A DNA stretch of 64,000 bases from the NCBI GenBank assembly GCA_951406725.2, contig OX597823.1:81778001-81842000 (forward strand). Reading direction: 5' to 3'. Position 1 is the first letter of the stretch; the number at the start of each line of letters is the position of its first letter. Below the pieces are notes generated by a model, which saw only the letters and a program-made list of their open reading frames with translations, did not search any database and was not told the DNA's origin. The translations under genes and the position numbers were made by a program. The stretch is from Octopus vulgaris (Eukaryota). This document shows positions 27,251 to 39,885 of the stretch, piece after piece.

Positions 27251-27746
27251 GTATGCATGCATGCATGCATGTATGTATTTATGTATGTATGTATGTATGT
27301 ATGTATGTATGTATGTATGTTTGTATGTTTGTATGTATGCATGCATGTATGTATTTATGTATTTATGTATGTATGTATGTATGTATGTATGTATGTATGT
27401 ATGTATGTATGTATGTATGTATGTATGTATGTATGTATGTATGTATGTATGTATGTATGTATGTATGTATGTATGCATGTATGTATGTATGTATGCATGT
27501 ATGTATGTAAGTATGTATGTATGTATGTATGTATGTATGTATGTATGTATGTATGTATGTATGTATGTATGTATGTATGTATGTATGTATGTATGTATGT
27601 ATGTATGTATGTATGTATGTATGTATTTATGTATGTATGTATGTATGTATGTATGTATGTATGTATGTATGTATGTATGTATGTATGTATGTATGTATGT
27701 ATGTATGCATGTATGTATGTATGCATGTATGTATGTATTTATGTAT
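27155..27746. repeat. (TA)n + (TATG)n microsatellite
   Basis: Directly visible. (TATG)n resumes at 30260-30436 after the RTE insertion. Confidence 0.97.
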
Positions 27747-30260
27747 GTGGTGAAGCACGACCTTCGAACTTTAGGTCTCACTAAGGAAATGTCTAGAGAC
27801 CGAGACCTATGGAAGTATGCTGTGCGTGAGAAGACCCGGCAAGACTAGTCAGGCCATAACCCGTGGCCCCTACCTGGGACGTAGTCAGTCCTCCTGTGCA
27901 TACCTTCCTTCTTGTGACACTTATGAAGACCTGTTGAGGCAAGTGAAAATCAAATCAAAACAAATCAAAATAGATGAACATTAGTGGAATTGTATTCTTT
28001 GTGGTACCAGTGCCGGTGGCACACAAGAAAACCACCCAAACGTGGCTGTAGCCAGTACCGCATCGACTGGCCTCCGTGCTGTGGGCACAACAAACACCAT
28101 CCGATCGTGGCCGTTCGCCAGCCTCATCTGGCACCTGTGTCGGTGGCACATAAAGACACCATCCGAAGACCCGGCGACGTAGTCAGTCCACCTGTGCATA
28201 CCTTCCCTCTTATGACACTTGTGAAGACCTGTTGAGGCAAGTGTGTGACACTTGTGAAGACCTGTTGAGGCAGAGGCAAGTGTGTGACACTTGTGGAGAC
28301 CTGTTGAGGCAAGTGTGTGACCCTTGTGAAGACCTGTTGAGGCAAGTGAAAATCAAATCAAACCAAATCAAAATAGATGAACATCAATGGAATTTGTATC
28401 TTTGTGGTTCCAGTACCAGTGGCACACAAGAAAACCATCCGAACGTGGCCGTAGCCAGTACCGCATCGACTGGCCTCCGTGCTGTGGGCACAACAAACAC
28501 CATCTGATCGTAGCCGTTCGCCAGCCTCATCTGGCACCTGTGTCGGTGGCACATAAAAACACCATCCGAAGACCCGGCGACGTAGTCAGTCCACCTGTGC
28601 ATACCTTCCCTCTTATGACTCTTGTGAAGACCTGTTGAGGCAAGTGTGTGACACTTGTGAAGACCTGTTGAGGCAGAGGCAAGTGTGTGACACTTTGTGA
28701 AGACCTGTTGAGGCAGAGGCAAGTGTGTGACACTTGTAGAGACCTGTTGAGGCAAGTGTGTCACACGTGTGACACTTGTGAAGACCTGTTGAGGCAAGTG
28801 AAAATCAAACCAAATCAAAATAGATGAACATCAATGGAATTTGTATCTTTGTGGTTCCAGTACCGGTGGCACACAAGAAAACCATCCGATCGTGGCCGTT
28901 CGCCAGCCTCATCTGGCACCTGTGTCGGTGGCACATAAAAACACCATCCGAAGACCCGGCGACGTAGTCAGTCCACCTATGCATACCTTCCTACTTATGA
29001 CACTTGTGAAGACCTGTTGAGGCAAGTGTGTGACACTTGTGTAGACCTGTTGAGGCAAGTGAAAATCAAAATCAAATCAAATCAAATCAAACCAAATCAA
29101 AATAGATGAACATCAATGGAATTTGTATCTTTGTGGTACCAGTACCGGTGGCACACAAGAAAACCATCCGAACGTGGCCGTAGCCAGTACCGCATCGACT
29201 GGCCTCTGTGATGTGGGCACATAACAAACACCATCCGATCGTGGCCGTCCGCCAGCCTCATCTGGCACCTGTGTCGGTGGCACATAAAAACACCAACCGA
29301 AGACCCGGCAAGACTAGTCAGGCCATAACCCATGGCCCCTACTTGGGACGTAGTCAGTCCACCTGTGCATACCTTCCTTCCTTCTTGTGACACTTGTGAA
29401 GACCTGTTGAGGCAAGTGAAAATCAAATCAAATCAAATCAAAATAGATGAACATCAATGGAATTTGTATCTTGTGGTACCAGTGCCGGTGGCACACAAGA
29501 AAACCATCCGAACGTGGCCGTAGCCAGTACCGCATCGACTGGCCTCCGTGCTGTGGGCACGCAACAAACACCATCCGATCGTGGCCGTTCGCCAGCCTCA
29601 TCTGGCACCTGTGTCGGTGGCACATAAAAACACCATCCGAAGACCCGGCAAGACTAGTCAGGCCATAACTCGTGGCCCCTACCTGGGACGTAGTCAGTCC
29701 ACCTGTGCATACCTTCCTTCTTGTGACACTTGTGAAGACCTGTTGAGGCAAGTGAAAATCAAATCAAATCAAAACAAATCAAAATAGATGAACATCAATG
29801 GAATTTGTATCTTTGTGGTACCAGTGCCGGTGGCACACAAGAAAATCATCCGAACGTGGCCGTAGCCAGTACCGCATAGACTGGCCTCCGTGCTTTGGGG
29901 ACGTAACAAACACCATCCGATCGTGGCCGTCCGCCAGCCTCATCTGGCACCTGTGTCGGTGGCACATAAAAACACCATCCGAGCGTGGCCGTCTGCCAGC
30001 CTCGTCTGGCACCTGTGTCGGTGGCACATAAAAACACCATCCAAGCGTGGCCGTTCGCCAGCCTCGTCTGGCACCTGTGTCGGTGGCACATAAAATCACC
30101 CACTACACTCTCGGAGTGGTTGGCGTTAGGAAGAGCATCCAGCTGTAGAAACACTGCCAGATCTGACTGGCCTGGTGCAGCCTTCGGGCTCCCCAGACCC
30201 CAGTTGAACCGTCCAACCCATGCTAGCATGGAAAACGGACGCTAAATGATGATGATGATG
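27746..30260 (+). mobile_element. 5'-truncated RTE LINE whose 3' UTR is tandemly amplified (6 units of ~260-450 bp)
   Basis: ORF end VVKHDLRTLGLTKEMSRDRDLWKYAVREKTRQD* (stop 27848), six recurrences of GAAAATCAAA...ATAGATGAACA, then the family 3' end and (GAT)n. Confidence 0.85.
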
Positions 30261-30586
30261 TATGTATGTATGTATGTATGTATGTATGTATGTATGTATG
30301 TATGTATGTATGTATGTATGTATGCATGTATGTATGTATGCATGCATGCATGTATGTATGTATGTATGTATGTATGTATGTATGTATGTATGTATGTATG
30401 TATGTATGTATGTATGTATATATGTATGTATGTATGTGTATACATCAAAGCAGGAGATTGGAAAAATGTTTTGGTATTATTTACTCACCATTAGACGGGT
30501 TTCCTTTGCTAATAAGAGTTGCAAAAATTGTACATGTAGGAGAAACATGTCGTATGTTAGAAATTCTTCAGACAGAATCAAATAAT

Positions 30587-30652
<66 letters not shown>

Positions 30653-30679
30653 GAGAGAGACAGAGAGAGACAGAGACAG

Positions 30680-30725
<46 letters not shown>

Positions 30726-30886
30726 AGTGAGAGAGACAGACAGAAAAACTGAGGAAGTTATAATGACAAAATCTAATTATAGTTACGTAATACTGTCAAT
30801 TATATCGGGAATTATGAATATCGTATTTGTGAAAATTTAGTCTGAGATGAGATATATCATTTATGAAATATAAACAAATTACAAAC

Positions 30887-31004
30887 TTTGAACTCAGGCA
30901 GCTTTTCCAATAACTGAAGAGGAATTTTTAAACCGGTAGCATCTTTAGTGGTCATTTTCATTGGAATGGTATCTGGAGAAAGTTCTTTAAAACGTCCAAA
31001 TACC
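30887..31004 (-). CDS. CIB2/3: CIB2/3-like coding exon 3
   Basis: tattttag|R VFGRFKELSPDTIPMKMTTKDATGLKIPLQLLEKLPEFK|gtttgt; 118 nt; phase matches exons 2 and 4. Confidence 0.92.
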
Positions 31005-31099
31005 CTAAAATACAAAGAAGAAACTGTTATAAACATATGCAGGCATACTCTCGAGTAATTTTCAGTATTGAAAGTTTACCAATGTCTGAGTGTGGATGT

Positions 31100-32000
31100 A
31101 TTTGATAATTATAAACACAGTTTTATGTATAATAGTGTTTTAAGTATTGTGTCTCATAGTTAGGAATTTCTCATAAATATGCTAACTACAGAAGTTATCA
31201 AAAGCGCCATTTAATACTATAGATTAAATTGCTTTTTCAAAACCAGATAAGTGTTGCTGGACAAGTGTTGAATTGCATTTCTAATGCTGGTAATATATAC
31301 CCATGTTGATAAAATCTAATTTTAAATTGATCTGCTGTTAATAATATATAATCTATTCCATTCTGATTAAATTTAGATATGCCTATGGCTGCATAGACAG
31401 CTGAACTTTACTAGTGACTAGACAAACGGTTGGTAAATGGCAATAATATTTTGAAGTGTTAATGTTATTTCTGATAATCCGTGTCCAAATTATTCGCTGT
31501 TTTTTAAAATTATTTATCAAGTATGATTCTGGGTAACAGTAATATTTGTTAGCGCTGAACGTTTCATTTTGAATGAATTTATATTGAAGATTTTTCTGTA
31601 TTTAACTTTAGGAAGAAGTGCAATTATAGCAAATATCGTTCCAGTATTGATCTGAATAAAATGGATTAAACCACATGATCTTTCTTTTGCATATTTTCTA
31701 ACAGAGCTGTGTGTGTTCGAGATATTTGAGGATATCTTTAAAATGCTAGTTGATAGAATATCATTGTACAGGCTTGTTATTCTATTGAATGAGACTACAT
31801 CATAATATATTATTATACTGAAATTTGTGAGTAGGTTTCCAATAATCTAAGAAGGGTGACTGGAGTTATGGCCCATATATTGAATAATTTGGTGTCTGGT
31901 TGAAATTGTTTACCATAAAAATTATATGCTGTGTCTGGATAATTCACTATTTTGAGGTTGATATTTATGGTAATTTTAAAGTTGCTAACGTCTCAAAGAG
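31100..32000 (-). mobile_element. Highly decayed Penelope-like element (RT thumb, linker, GIY-YIG)
   Basis: Minus-strand fragments KITININLKIVNY, HNSSHPS*II, KIMWFNPFYS, KIFNINSFK, VYAA...DYILLTADQFKIRFYQH...TLIW...YSIKW occur in the PLE order. Boundaries are approximate. Confidence 0.65.
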
Positions 32001-32643
32001 ACAATCAGCATCTGGGTTTGAGTACATATGTTGACCAATTGAGATAAAATATGGCGGATATCTCTTTTGCCAATCCACGCCAGCAACGAAAAGTGACACA
32101 AGTAGCAAATGACTTTAAAGATTGTAATCATGTATTTGTTGAAGACAGTCTGGAATCTACTACAACTACTGTATTTAAGGTCATGTGTAGTCGTTCGTCG
32201 GTCACCAAAGCATTTCTCATAAAATAAATGTCAGAGTCAAATAGTCAGTATTCAATGAATCCTTAATAATTATTATCTTATTTGCTGAACGTCACACTGC
32301 AGTATTAATGACAAATATTTTTTCTGGTAGTGCTTTACATGTTTTTCAGTAAATGAATTCAGCTATCATTGGTTAACTTAGTATTGCCTCATTTAATACA
32401 GAAAGCTTTAAATGACTCATTAGAAAAAGTTATGTGGTGAAGAAAAGACAATATTACAATACTAGTCAATGACTAATGTTACTTTAAATATTACGACAAG
32501 TATATCAAATAATTTTGATCATGTTTCAGTCTTATGAAATCTCCTCAACAAAGATTAGATTCTGTGTATATATGTGTATGTGTATATGTGTGTGCATTTT
32601 TGCAATGTCATAATTATATTTCATGTTAGACTGTAGTACTTAC

Positions 32644-32678
32644 CTTAAAATATCTTTTCTGTTGAAAAATGTGCAATC
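32644..32678 (-). CDS. CIB2/3: CIB2/3-like coding exon 2
   Basis: ctcttag|DCTFFNRKDIL R|gtaagt; 35 nt; DCTFF.RKDIL is a CIB2/3 signature. Confidence 0.93.
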
Positions 32679-33875
32679 CTAAGAGAAAAGAGGTAAAAAA
32701 ATTAACAAAGAATTAAATTTAGAATAAATAAGAACATATTCAGATACAATATGTTTTACTAATGTTATGCTTTATATGATTAGGAACAAGGTAGATATTT
32801 GTAGTAGAATTGGTTATTGTTGACAGAACCAACTGTAGTTTATTTTGGTACTTATTTCATTGGTACTTACTGGGTTTGAACTCGAAATCTGGAGGGATAA
32901 AATTATACATTGTAATTCAAGTTAACGTTATTCTACAGTTTAGTTAGAGGAGGAAGGGCAGCTGCCGTAGTTTGTAAGAGAAATGGAAAAAAAACCCCAC
33001 TGCTAATGAGGTTATTATCACACTAGAGACCTGCACCAAATGCTGGTCAACCATCTTCAAGGGATTTTGGCCCCAGAATTTAGTCTGGTACATATTTTAT
33101 TAATCTTTATTAGTTGAATGAGACTACCTGTTGACCCTAGTCGAACTATTTGGCTTGTTATTCCATACGGCAAACAAATTAAAAGTAACCTTCCTTACCT
33201 GTTTCGTGAAGCCATCGAAAAGAACTTCCACAATAACTCGAGGTACCACTCACTTCTCAACTCATATCGTATGAGAATTTGTTTCTATAACACTAATAAC
33301 CTCCTGCAAATTATTTCTTCACATAACAACTATATTCTTAACGGTAAAAGGGTTTCGCTCAATTACTATAATAGCAATAATATCAATAATGATAATCACT
33401 CCTTAAATAATAATATCGATAGAAGTATTACTTGTAATTGTGGTCCGAATAGAACATGCGTTCTCAACGGAAATTGTAAAATAAAAAATGTTGTTTGTGA
33501 ATGCAAAGTTTCTTCAGGAACTAAAGAATTTTTTTATGTTGGACTTTCCTGCAGGGATTTAAAAAGACGCGAAGCCAATCATCTGTCTGCATTTAAGTAT
33601 ATCAATAAACGTAATAGAACAGGTCTTAGTAAACTAATTTGGCATCTCAAAGGCTGTAATAAACAATCTTCTTTGGACTGGAAAATTTTGTCAAGATCGT
33701 TACCTTATCATAAACGTAAATCTTTTTGCCCTCTTTGTACGGACGAACAACTATTTTTCTTTTTCCCAAACGTATACTTGTCAACACCTATAAAGAACGT
33801 GTTTAAAGGTGTTTACATTGGAAAAAACACACTTTCAGATGTTTAAAATTACATTTGCCTCCTTTGCCTAATAAT

Positions 33876-34290
33876 AGGCGCAGGAGTGGCTGTGTGGTAA
33901 GTAGCTTGCTAACCTACCACATGGTTCCGGGTTCAGTCCCACTGCGTAGCATCTTGGGCAAGTGTCTTCTGCTATAGCCCCGGGCCGACCAATGCCTTGT
34001 GAGTGGATTTGGTAGACGGAAACTGAAAGAAGCCTGTCGTATATATGTATATATATATGTATGTGTGTGTGTTTGTGTGTCTGTGTTTGTTCCCCTTGTC
34101 AAGCATTGCTTGACAACCGATGCTGGTGTGTTTACGTCCCCGTCATTTAGCGGTTCGGCAAAAAGAGACCGATAGAATAAGTACTGGGCTTACAAAAAGA
34201 ATAAGTCCCGGGGCCGAGCTGCTCGACTAAAGGCGGTGCTCCAGCATGGCCGCAGTCAAATGACTGAAACAAGTAAAAGAGTAAAAAGAG
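33876..34290 (+). mobile_element. CORE-like tRNA SINE (full length)
   Basis: GGCGCAGGAGTGGCTGTGTGGTAAG head through the GAAACAAGTAAAAGAG tail. Confidence 0.85.
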
Positions 34291-34580
34291 TAATATCTGT
34301 AACTTTTACTTTATTCTTTTCATCCCATATATCCCATTCTTTCCTTTATTATTCTGTCCATTTGTGATTCATATTCTATTTGTCTAATCCTCTATCACTC
34401 CTTGAATTTTCTTTCTCTCTTCCTTCTTTTCTTCTCTCGTCCTATGAGGTCAAATTCTTAACGGTATTTTAAAATTACTAGCGTTTTCTATCCACCTTTT
34501 GTTTTACGTATATTATATATTATATAACATAATTTTTTACATCTCTAAAAATGGCTTATTATTGAACACTGTTATTTATA

Positions 34581-34675
34581 ATCTCCTCCTTGATGAGACT
34601 GATACATTATTCTACATTATTTTCTCCCTCCCGGATTAATTTTAATGTATCCATCGAAACATATGTCGGCGATAT
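34581..34675 (+). ncRNA. Type I hammerhead-ribozyme-like motif (degenerate)
   Basis: CC-TTGATGA-G..GATACATTA..TAATGTATC..C-GAAAC-ATAT-GTC-GG, with palindromic stem III ACATATGT. Core has U instead of C at position 3. Confidence 0.55.
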
Positions 34676-34877
34676 AAATGATTTAAATAATATATTGTGC
34701 GTTTGTCTCCATTTTCAATTTTTCTTATGTTCTCCAAATCACGTCTCACTTCTCCTTGGAATTATTACCCATGTATGTGTGGTTACTAATATCTTAATGT
34801 GCTTATGTCACATTTGGCTACCCTGGTAACTATTTCTCTGGATCTTGCCTTGAAAATTAAACACCTCTCCACACACT

Positions 34878-35763
34878 CGAGGTTTGATTAATAAATATCC
34901 AGACTGTTGCCATTGTAACGAAACTAAAGTACACAGAGTAAAGCTGCTTGGCACAGATTGACCTTGAACTTTACTGTGCATGCGCACTAAGTTTTAACAT
35001 TCTAGTTCACTTCTGCCGTTTACAGCAGTGCTTGGAATGAACATGTATAGCGTGTGATCGTTGCATTGACCATGACAGAGGAAGTTGTTTGGCGTTACCT
35101 GCACAGAGGTCTACGCAGAGTTGCAGAAAGTGTATGGAGAGGAATGTATGAGCCGTACACAAGTGTACAAATGGTTCAGATGTTTCCAAGACGGCCGAAA
35201 AAAATGTCGATATTGACGAACGTTCTGAGAGACCAGCAACAAGCAGAACTGAGAAAAGCATCGCAGATGTACATGAAGTTGTGAGGGGAAATCGTCGAAT
35301 CACCATCCGTGAGTTATCAAAGGATGTGCAGATACGTTACGGTTCAGTTCAGCCCATTATCATTGAAGATTTGAGTATGAGACTGCCGAGTTTGTGCCAA
35401 AACTGCTTCCAGCTAACCAAAAAGACACTCAGGTTTCAGTTGTACAAGATCTCCTTGATTGTGTAGAGAATGATGAAAATTTTCTAAAAACTTTGCATAG
35501 GCCTCTAAACAGGTATAGCCAAGCTTTTGGCAAAATTCGATGCAGATTCTCTACCCAACTTTCTGTCATGGTCAATGAGACGATCACACGTTACACATCT
35601 TCTTTCCAAGCACTACTGTAAACAGCAGAAATGAGTTAGAACGTTAAAACTTAGAGCACACTCACAGCAGAGTTGAAGGTCAATCTGTGCCAAGCGGGTT
35701 TGTGCTGCGTGCTTTAGCTTTATTAATATGGCAACAGTCCGGATACTTATTGATCAGACCACG
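34878..35763 (+). mobile_element. Non-autonomous mariner element with ~100-bp TIRs and an N-terminal transposase remnant
   Basis: CGAGGTTTGATTAATAAATATCCAGACTGTTGCCAT...GGCACAGATTGACCTT is mirrored at 35670-35763. Peptides SRTQVYKWFRCFQDGR...ERSERP and NRRITIREL...GSV..II, FVPKLL. Confidence 0.85.
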
Positions 35764-36601
35764 AATATATTTGTAAAAATGCTGAAGGCAGCAGGTGTAC
35801 ACTTATTTCGTTGTATTGTGTGAAGATCTCCCAACCAAACTGAACTGAGTGCATACCCGATGCAGTCCTCAACATGATCCATTTAAAATATTCATAGTAC
35901 GATTGAGTTCGTGGTCAGCATTGTTATGCATGTAAATGCGCGCGCACATACACACACACGGCAGTCTTCAACACCATTTTCAGATACCGATTTTCATTCA
36001 CAAGGTAACAGTCAATCTGCGACTATAACAGAAGACAATAACTTCAGGTTCCGTGGAACCAAATTCACAACCGCTCCACAGCAAAACGATCTTCCTAACC
36101 ATATATCCTTGTCTATAACCTATTTTCCACAAATGCTTAACAGAATACGTAACAAAGCAAAATAAAATGATAGATTTCAAGCGTCATAAACCAATAATCT
36201 TAATAGAAGTGGAATTGGAGACGTGCTATAAAAAATGTTATAAAATCTGCATATTTGTCTGGCGAGACAATTTCTTTGTTAATAAACACTTGCTGGAAAG
36301 AAAGAGTTAAATTCTTACAACGACGCTGAAATCAATAGAATTTTTTGTCTTCTGTCTACTTGTAAGAAGATATCGTGTCATATTTCTCCGATTCATCAAT
36401 TCATAAGTTATTAGTTGGATTGCATCACCATATACTAACGCTCATATGCATACTTACACGCTCACATATATGCTCACATAGATACACAGAAATATGTATA
36501 AGTATCGGTGTGTGTATACATACATAAATACATACATACATATATATATATACATACATATATATGTATATATATATATACATATACACATAGATACATG
36601 C

Positions 36602-36638
<37 letters not shown>

Positions 36639-36772
36639 CATACATACATGCATATATATATATATGCATGTATGTATGTATAGCCAGATAACCGAAGAGA
36701 TGGTGTTGTGGATTTCCACTTCGGCATCTGAAACTCAGAGTTTTATCTTGACTATTGAGTAATGTAACATAT

Positions 36773-36820
<48 letters not shown>

Positions 36821-36904
36821 ATATATACTAGATGTACCCACCATGAGCCGTTGGGTCACAACCACTCCAAGTTGAAAATGTCGATGCGCGGCAGGTAAGG
36901 TAAA

Positions 36905-38000
36905 AACTACTATTTCGAACTTCATATAATAAAATTCTTAAATAACACAGTTCTTCTGCCTTTCGTATAACAACATAACATGGCCAAGTGTTTCTTCTTT
37001 AAAAACCTTCAAATGGCTTTCAACTTTTTTTCCTCGCTTTCATCTTTGCCGTTTTTTGTTACTTACTGTTCCAAGTGAAATACATGGGTACCTCAGAATA
37101 AAGTAATGTTTTTGAAAAGTCATTATTGATGCACAATAAAAAGAATTCTTATTTCTTTATTGCCCACAAGAGGGGACAAACAAGGACACACAAAGGGATT
37201 AAGTCGATTACATCGACCCCAGTGCGTAACTGGTACTTATTTAATTGACTCCAAAAGGATGAAAGGCAAAGTCGATCTCGGTGGAACTTTGAAATCAGAA
37301 CGTAACAGCAGACGAAATACCTATTTCTTTATTACCCACAAGGGGCTAAAAACATAGAGGAGACAAACATGGACAGACATAGGTATTAAGTCGATTATAT
37401 CGACCCCAGTGCTTAACTGGTACTTATTTAATTGACCCCAAAAGGATGAAAGGCAAAGTCGACCTCGGCGGAATTCGAGCTCAGAACGTAACGGCAGACG
37501 AAATACCGATAAGCATTTTGCCCGGCGTGATAACGTTTCTGCCAGCTCGCCGCCTTAAACAAAAAAAAAAAAAAATAAATAAATAAAATAAAAAGAATTC
37601 TGTCAATGTTGTTCTCATATGTCGTTCATTGACAGCCATATATATCCTCATCATTTCTGAGCAATATTCTTTGTTCATCTGGGAGATGAACTTGCAGCCT
37701 CACTATAGCAAGTGCTCTTTCATGAATTGAAAATCCTAATATGGATGCAACTGCTTCGGATGGTCAAATATACCTACTCATTTGATATTGACTAATTTCG
37801 TTATCATTGTTTATTCGAATAGCAGCTTGGTCATTTCCTTTCAGCGTGTATTTGATGACGTAGTTAATTTACTTCACTGAGGCAACGATTTCAACGTTGC
37901 AGTGGCATTTGAATGCTCTTAAAAGAATTTCATTATAAGGTACAAACCATTTGTTGTTGTTTGTGCTCCCATTCTTATGAGATTCAACTCTTGCCATTAC
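36905..38000 (-). mobile_element. Helitron Rep/helicase relic, split by a Meta-like SINE dimer
   Basis: Minus-strand peptides NKWFVPYNEILLRAFKCHCNVEIVASVK*INYVIKYTLKGNDQA, NEISQYQMSRYI*PSEA, VRLQVHLP, TTLTEFFLLC..FSKTLLYSEVPMYFTWN, ELCYLRILL. Confidence 0.85.
37150..37585 (-). mobile_element. Meta-like tRNA SINE (tandem dimer) with ~15-bp TSD
   Basis: AATAAAAAGAATTCT occurs at ~37135 and ~37587. Body carries ACTTTGCCTTTCATCCTTTTGGGGTC on the minus strand. Confidence 0.8.
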
Positions 38001-38122
38001 AACTGATTTTTATCTATAAAGAGACAGTCTCTCTGTTTTTCTGCTTTTTGATTAAGATGATAAAGATCAAAATTTTATTTTAAATAGAACAGTAATTTTC
38101 TCCTTTAAGTACCCGTGATACT

Positions 38123-38535
38123 CTACTCTTTTACTTGTTTCAGTCATTTGACTGTGGCCATGCTGGAGCACCGCCTTAAGTCGAGCAAATCGACCCCAGG
38201 ACTTATTCTTTGTAAGCCTAGTACTTATTCTATCGGTCTCTTTTGCCGAACTGTTAAGTGACGAGGACGTAAGCACACCAGCATCGGTTGGCAAGTGATG
38301 TTGGGGGGACAAACACAGACACACAAACATATACACACATACATATATATATATATAAATATACATATATACGACGAGCTTCTTTCAGTTTCCATCTACC
38401 AAATCCACTCACAAGGCTTTGGTCGGCCCGAAGCTATAGTAGAAGACACTTGCCCAAGGTGCCACGCAGTGGGACTGAACCCGGAACCATGTGGTTGGTA
38501 AGCAAGCTACTTACCACACAGCCACTCCTACGCCC
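38123..38535 (-). mobile_element. CORE-like tRNA SINE
   Basis: Full family sequence on the minus strand. Confidence 0.85.
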
Positions 38536-38973
38536 ATTCAAAAATATCTCATAAAAATATGGGGAGAATTTTTCTTTCAGTGCACGGTACTCGAATATTG
38601 TATAAATGATTAAAGGAAGAAAAAAGAAAGAAAGATAAACAAAAAAGGATGGTCGGTGGTAGCTCCGACGACTTTTTGAAGTGTCGACATTTTCAACTTG
38701 ACTATTTTTCTTAAAGTAGGAAAAGACTACTTTACTTGTAATCTTTATTATCTTAATAACAGACAAACTTTGTGTTTTAACATAACACACATACACGCAC
38801 ATACACTCACCCGTATGTGTGTGCGCGCGCGCGCATAAAACGAATAGCTTCCTGGATTCTAAGCTAGGATTCGAAACCGAATCTACGTTTTTCTAAAGTT
38901 CTTTTCCTATTGTTCTCGACTTCTGCACTTAGAAAATATGAGTGTCAACTGTCATACTTAGTTAAGTTCTAAC

Positions 38974-39885
38974 TAGTACTTATTTAATCGACCCCGAAAG
39001 GATGAAAGGCAAAGTCGACCTCGGCGGAATTTGAACTCAGAACGTAACGGCAGACGAAATATACCTGTTTCTTTACTACTCACAAGGGGCTAAACACAGA
39101 GAGGACAAACAAGGACAGACAAACGGATTAAATCGATTATATCGACCCCAGTGCGTAACTGGTACTTATTTAATCGACCCCGAAATGATGAAAGGCAAAG
39201 TCGACCGTGACGGAATTTGAACTCAGAACGTAGCGGCAGACGAAATATCGCTAAGCATTTCGTCCGGCGTGCTAACAGTTCTGCCAGTTTTGAATGTTAA
39301 TATTAAAACAAACACAGGTATAATAATAATAATTATTATATTTGTACATAAGGTGGCGAGCTGGCAGAATCGTAAGTATGCCGGGCGAAAAGCATAGCGG
39401 CATTTCGCCCGTCTTTACGTTCTGAGTTCGAATTCCGCCGAAGTTCATCCTTTCGGGGTTGATAAATTAAGTACCAGTTGAGGACTAGAGTCAATGTAAT
39501 CAAGTAACCACCTTTCCCGAAATGACTGGTCTTACGCTAACATTTGAAACCATTAGGTGGCGAGGTGGTACTATCGTTAGCACGTCGGACAAAATGCTTA
39601 GCGGCATTCCATCCATCTTTACGTTCCGAGTTTAAATTCTGCCGAGGTTGACTTTGCCTATCATCCTTTCGGGGTTGATTAAATAAGTACCAGTTGAGAA
39701 CTGCGGTGGACATGACTGATTAGCTCTCTTCCCCAAAATTTCAGGCCTTGTACCACTCGTAGAAAGGATTACCTTCAATCCATTTCGGGTGGATGAAATA
39801 AGTACCAGTTGAGTACTGGGGTCGATGTTATCGATTTATCCTTTTACCCGAAATTACTGGCTTTATACCAAAATCTGAAACCATT
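38974..39885. mobile_element. Cluster of Meta-like SINEs (minus 38974-39290; plus 39351-39885)
   Basis: Repeated GGTGGCGAG(C/G)TGG...TCATCCTTTCGGGGT...AAGTACCAGTT in both orientations. Confidence 0.75.

Larger units (their letters stand above)
33118..34850 (+). mobile_element. Penelope-like retroelement 3' part: GIY-YIG endonuclease ORF remnant (33118-33846) plus pLTR-like region with a hammerhead motif
   Basis: CNC...C..NGNC..KNVV.EC.V...FYVGLS..LKRR..NH...F....GLSKLIWHLK....DWKIL...CPLC..EQ is the PLE Cys-motif plus GIY-YIG layout. A SINE is inserted at 33876-34290. Confidence 0.8.

Noticed and set aside
27928-27952. CTGTTGAG-gcaagt-GAAA in the tandem units as a hammerhead (retrozyme) core
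   Set aside because: A6 of CUGANGA is missing, there is no stem II, and no stem I/III partners were found.
28205-29060. Regularly spaced ~33-bp repeats resembling a CRISPR array
   Set aside because: Repeats are directly tandem without unique spacers, lie in an RTE 3' UTR, have no cas genes nearby, and the context is eukaryotic.
33876-33950. SINE heads as tRNA genes (also 10546, 16120-16193, 53770-53838)
   Set aside because: A/B boxes are present but there is no complete cloverleaf, and each continues into a multicopy SINE body.
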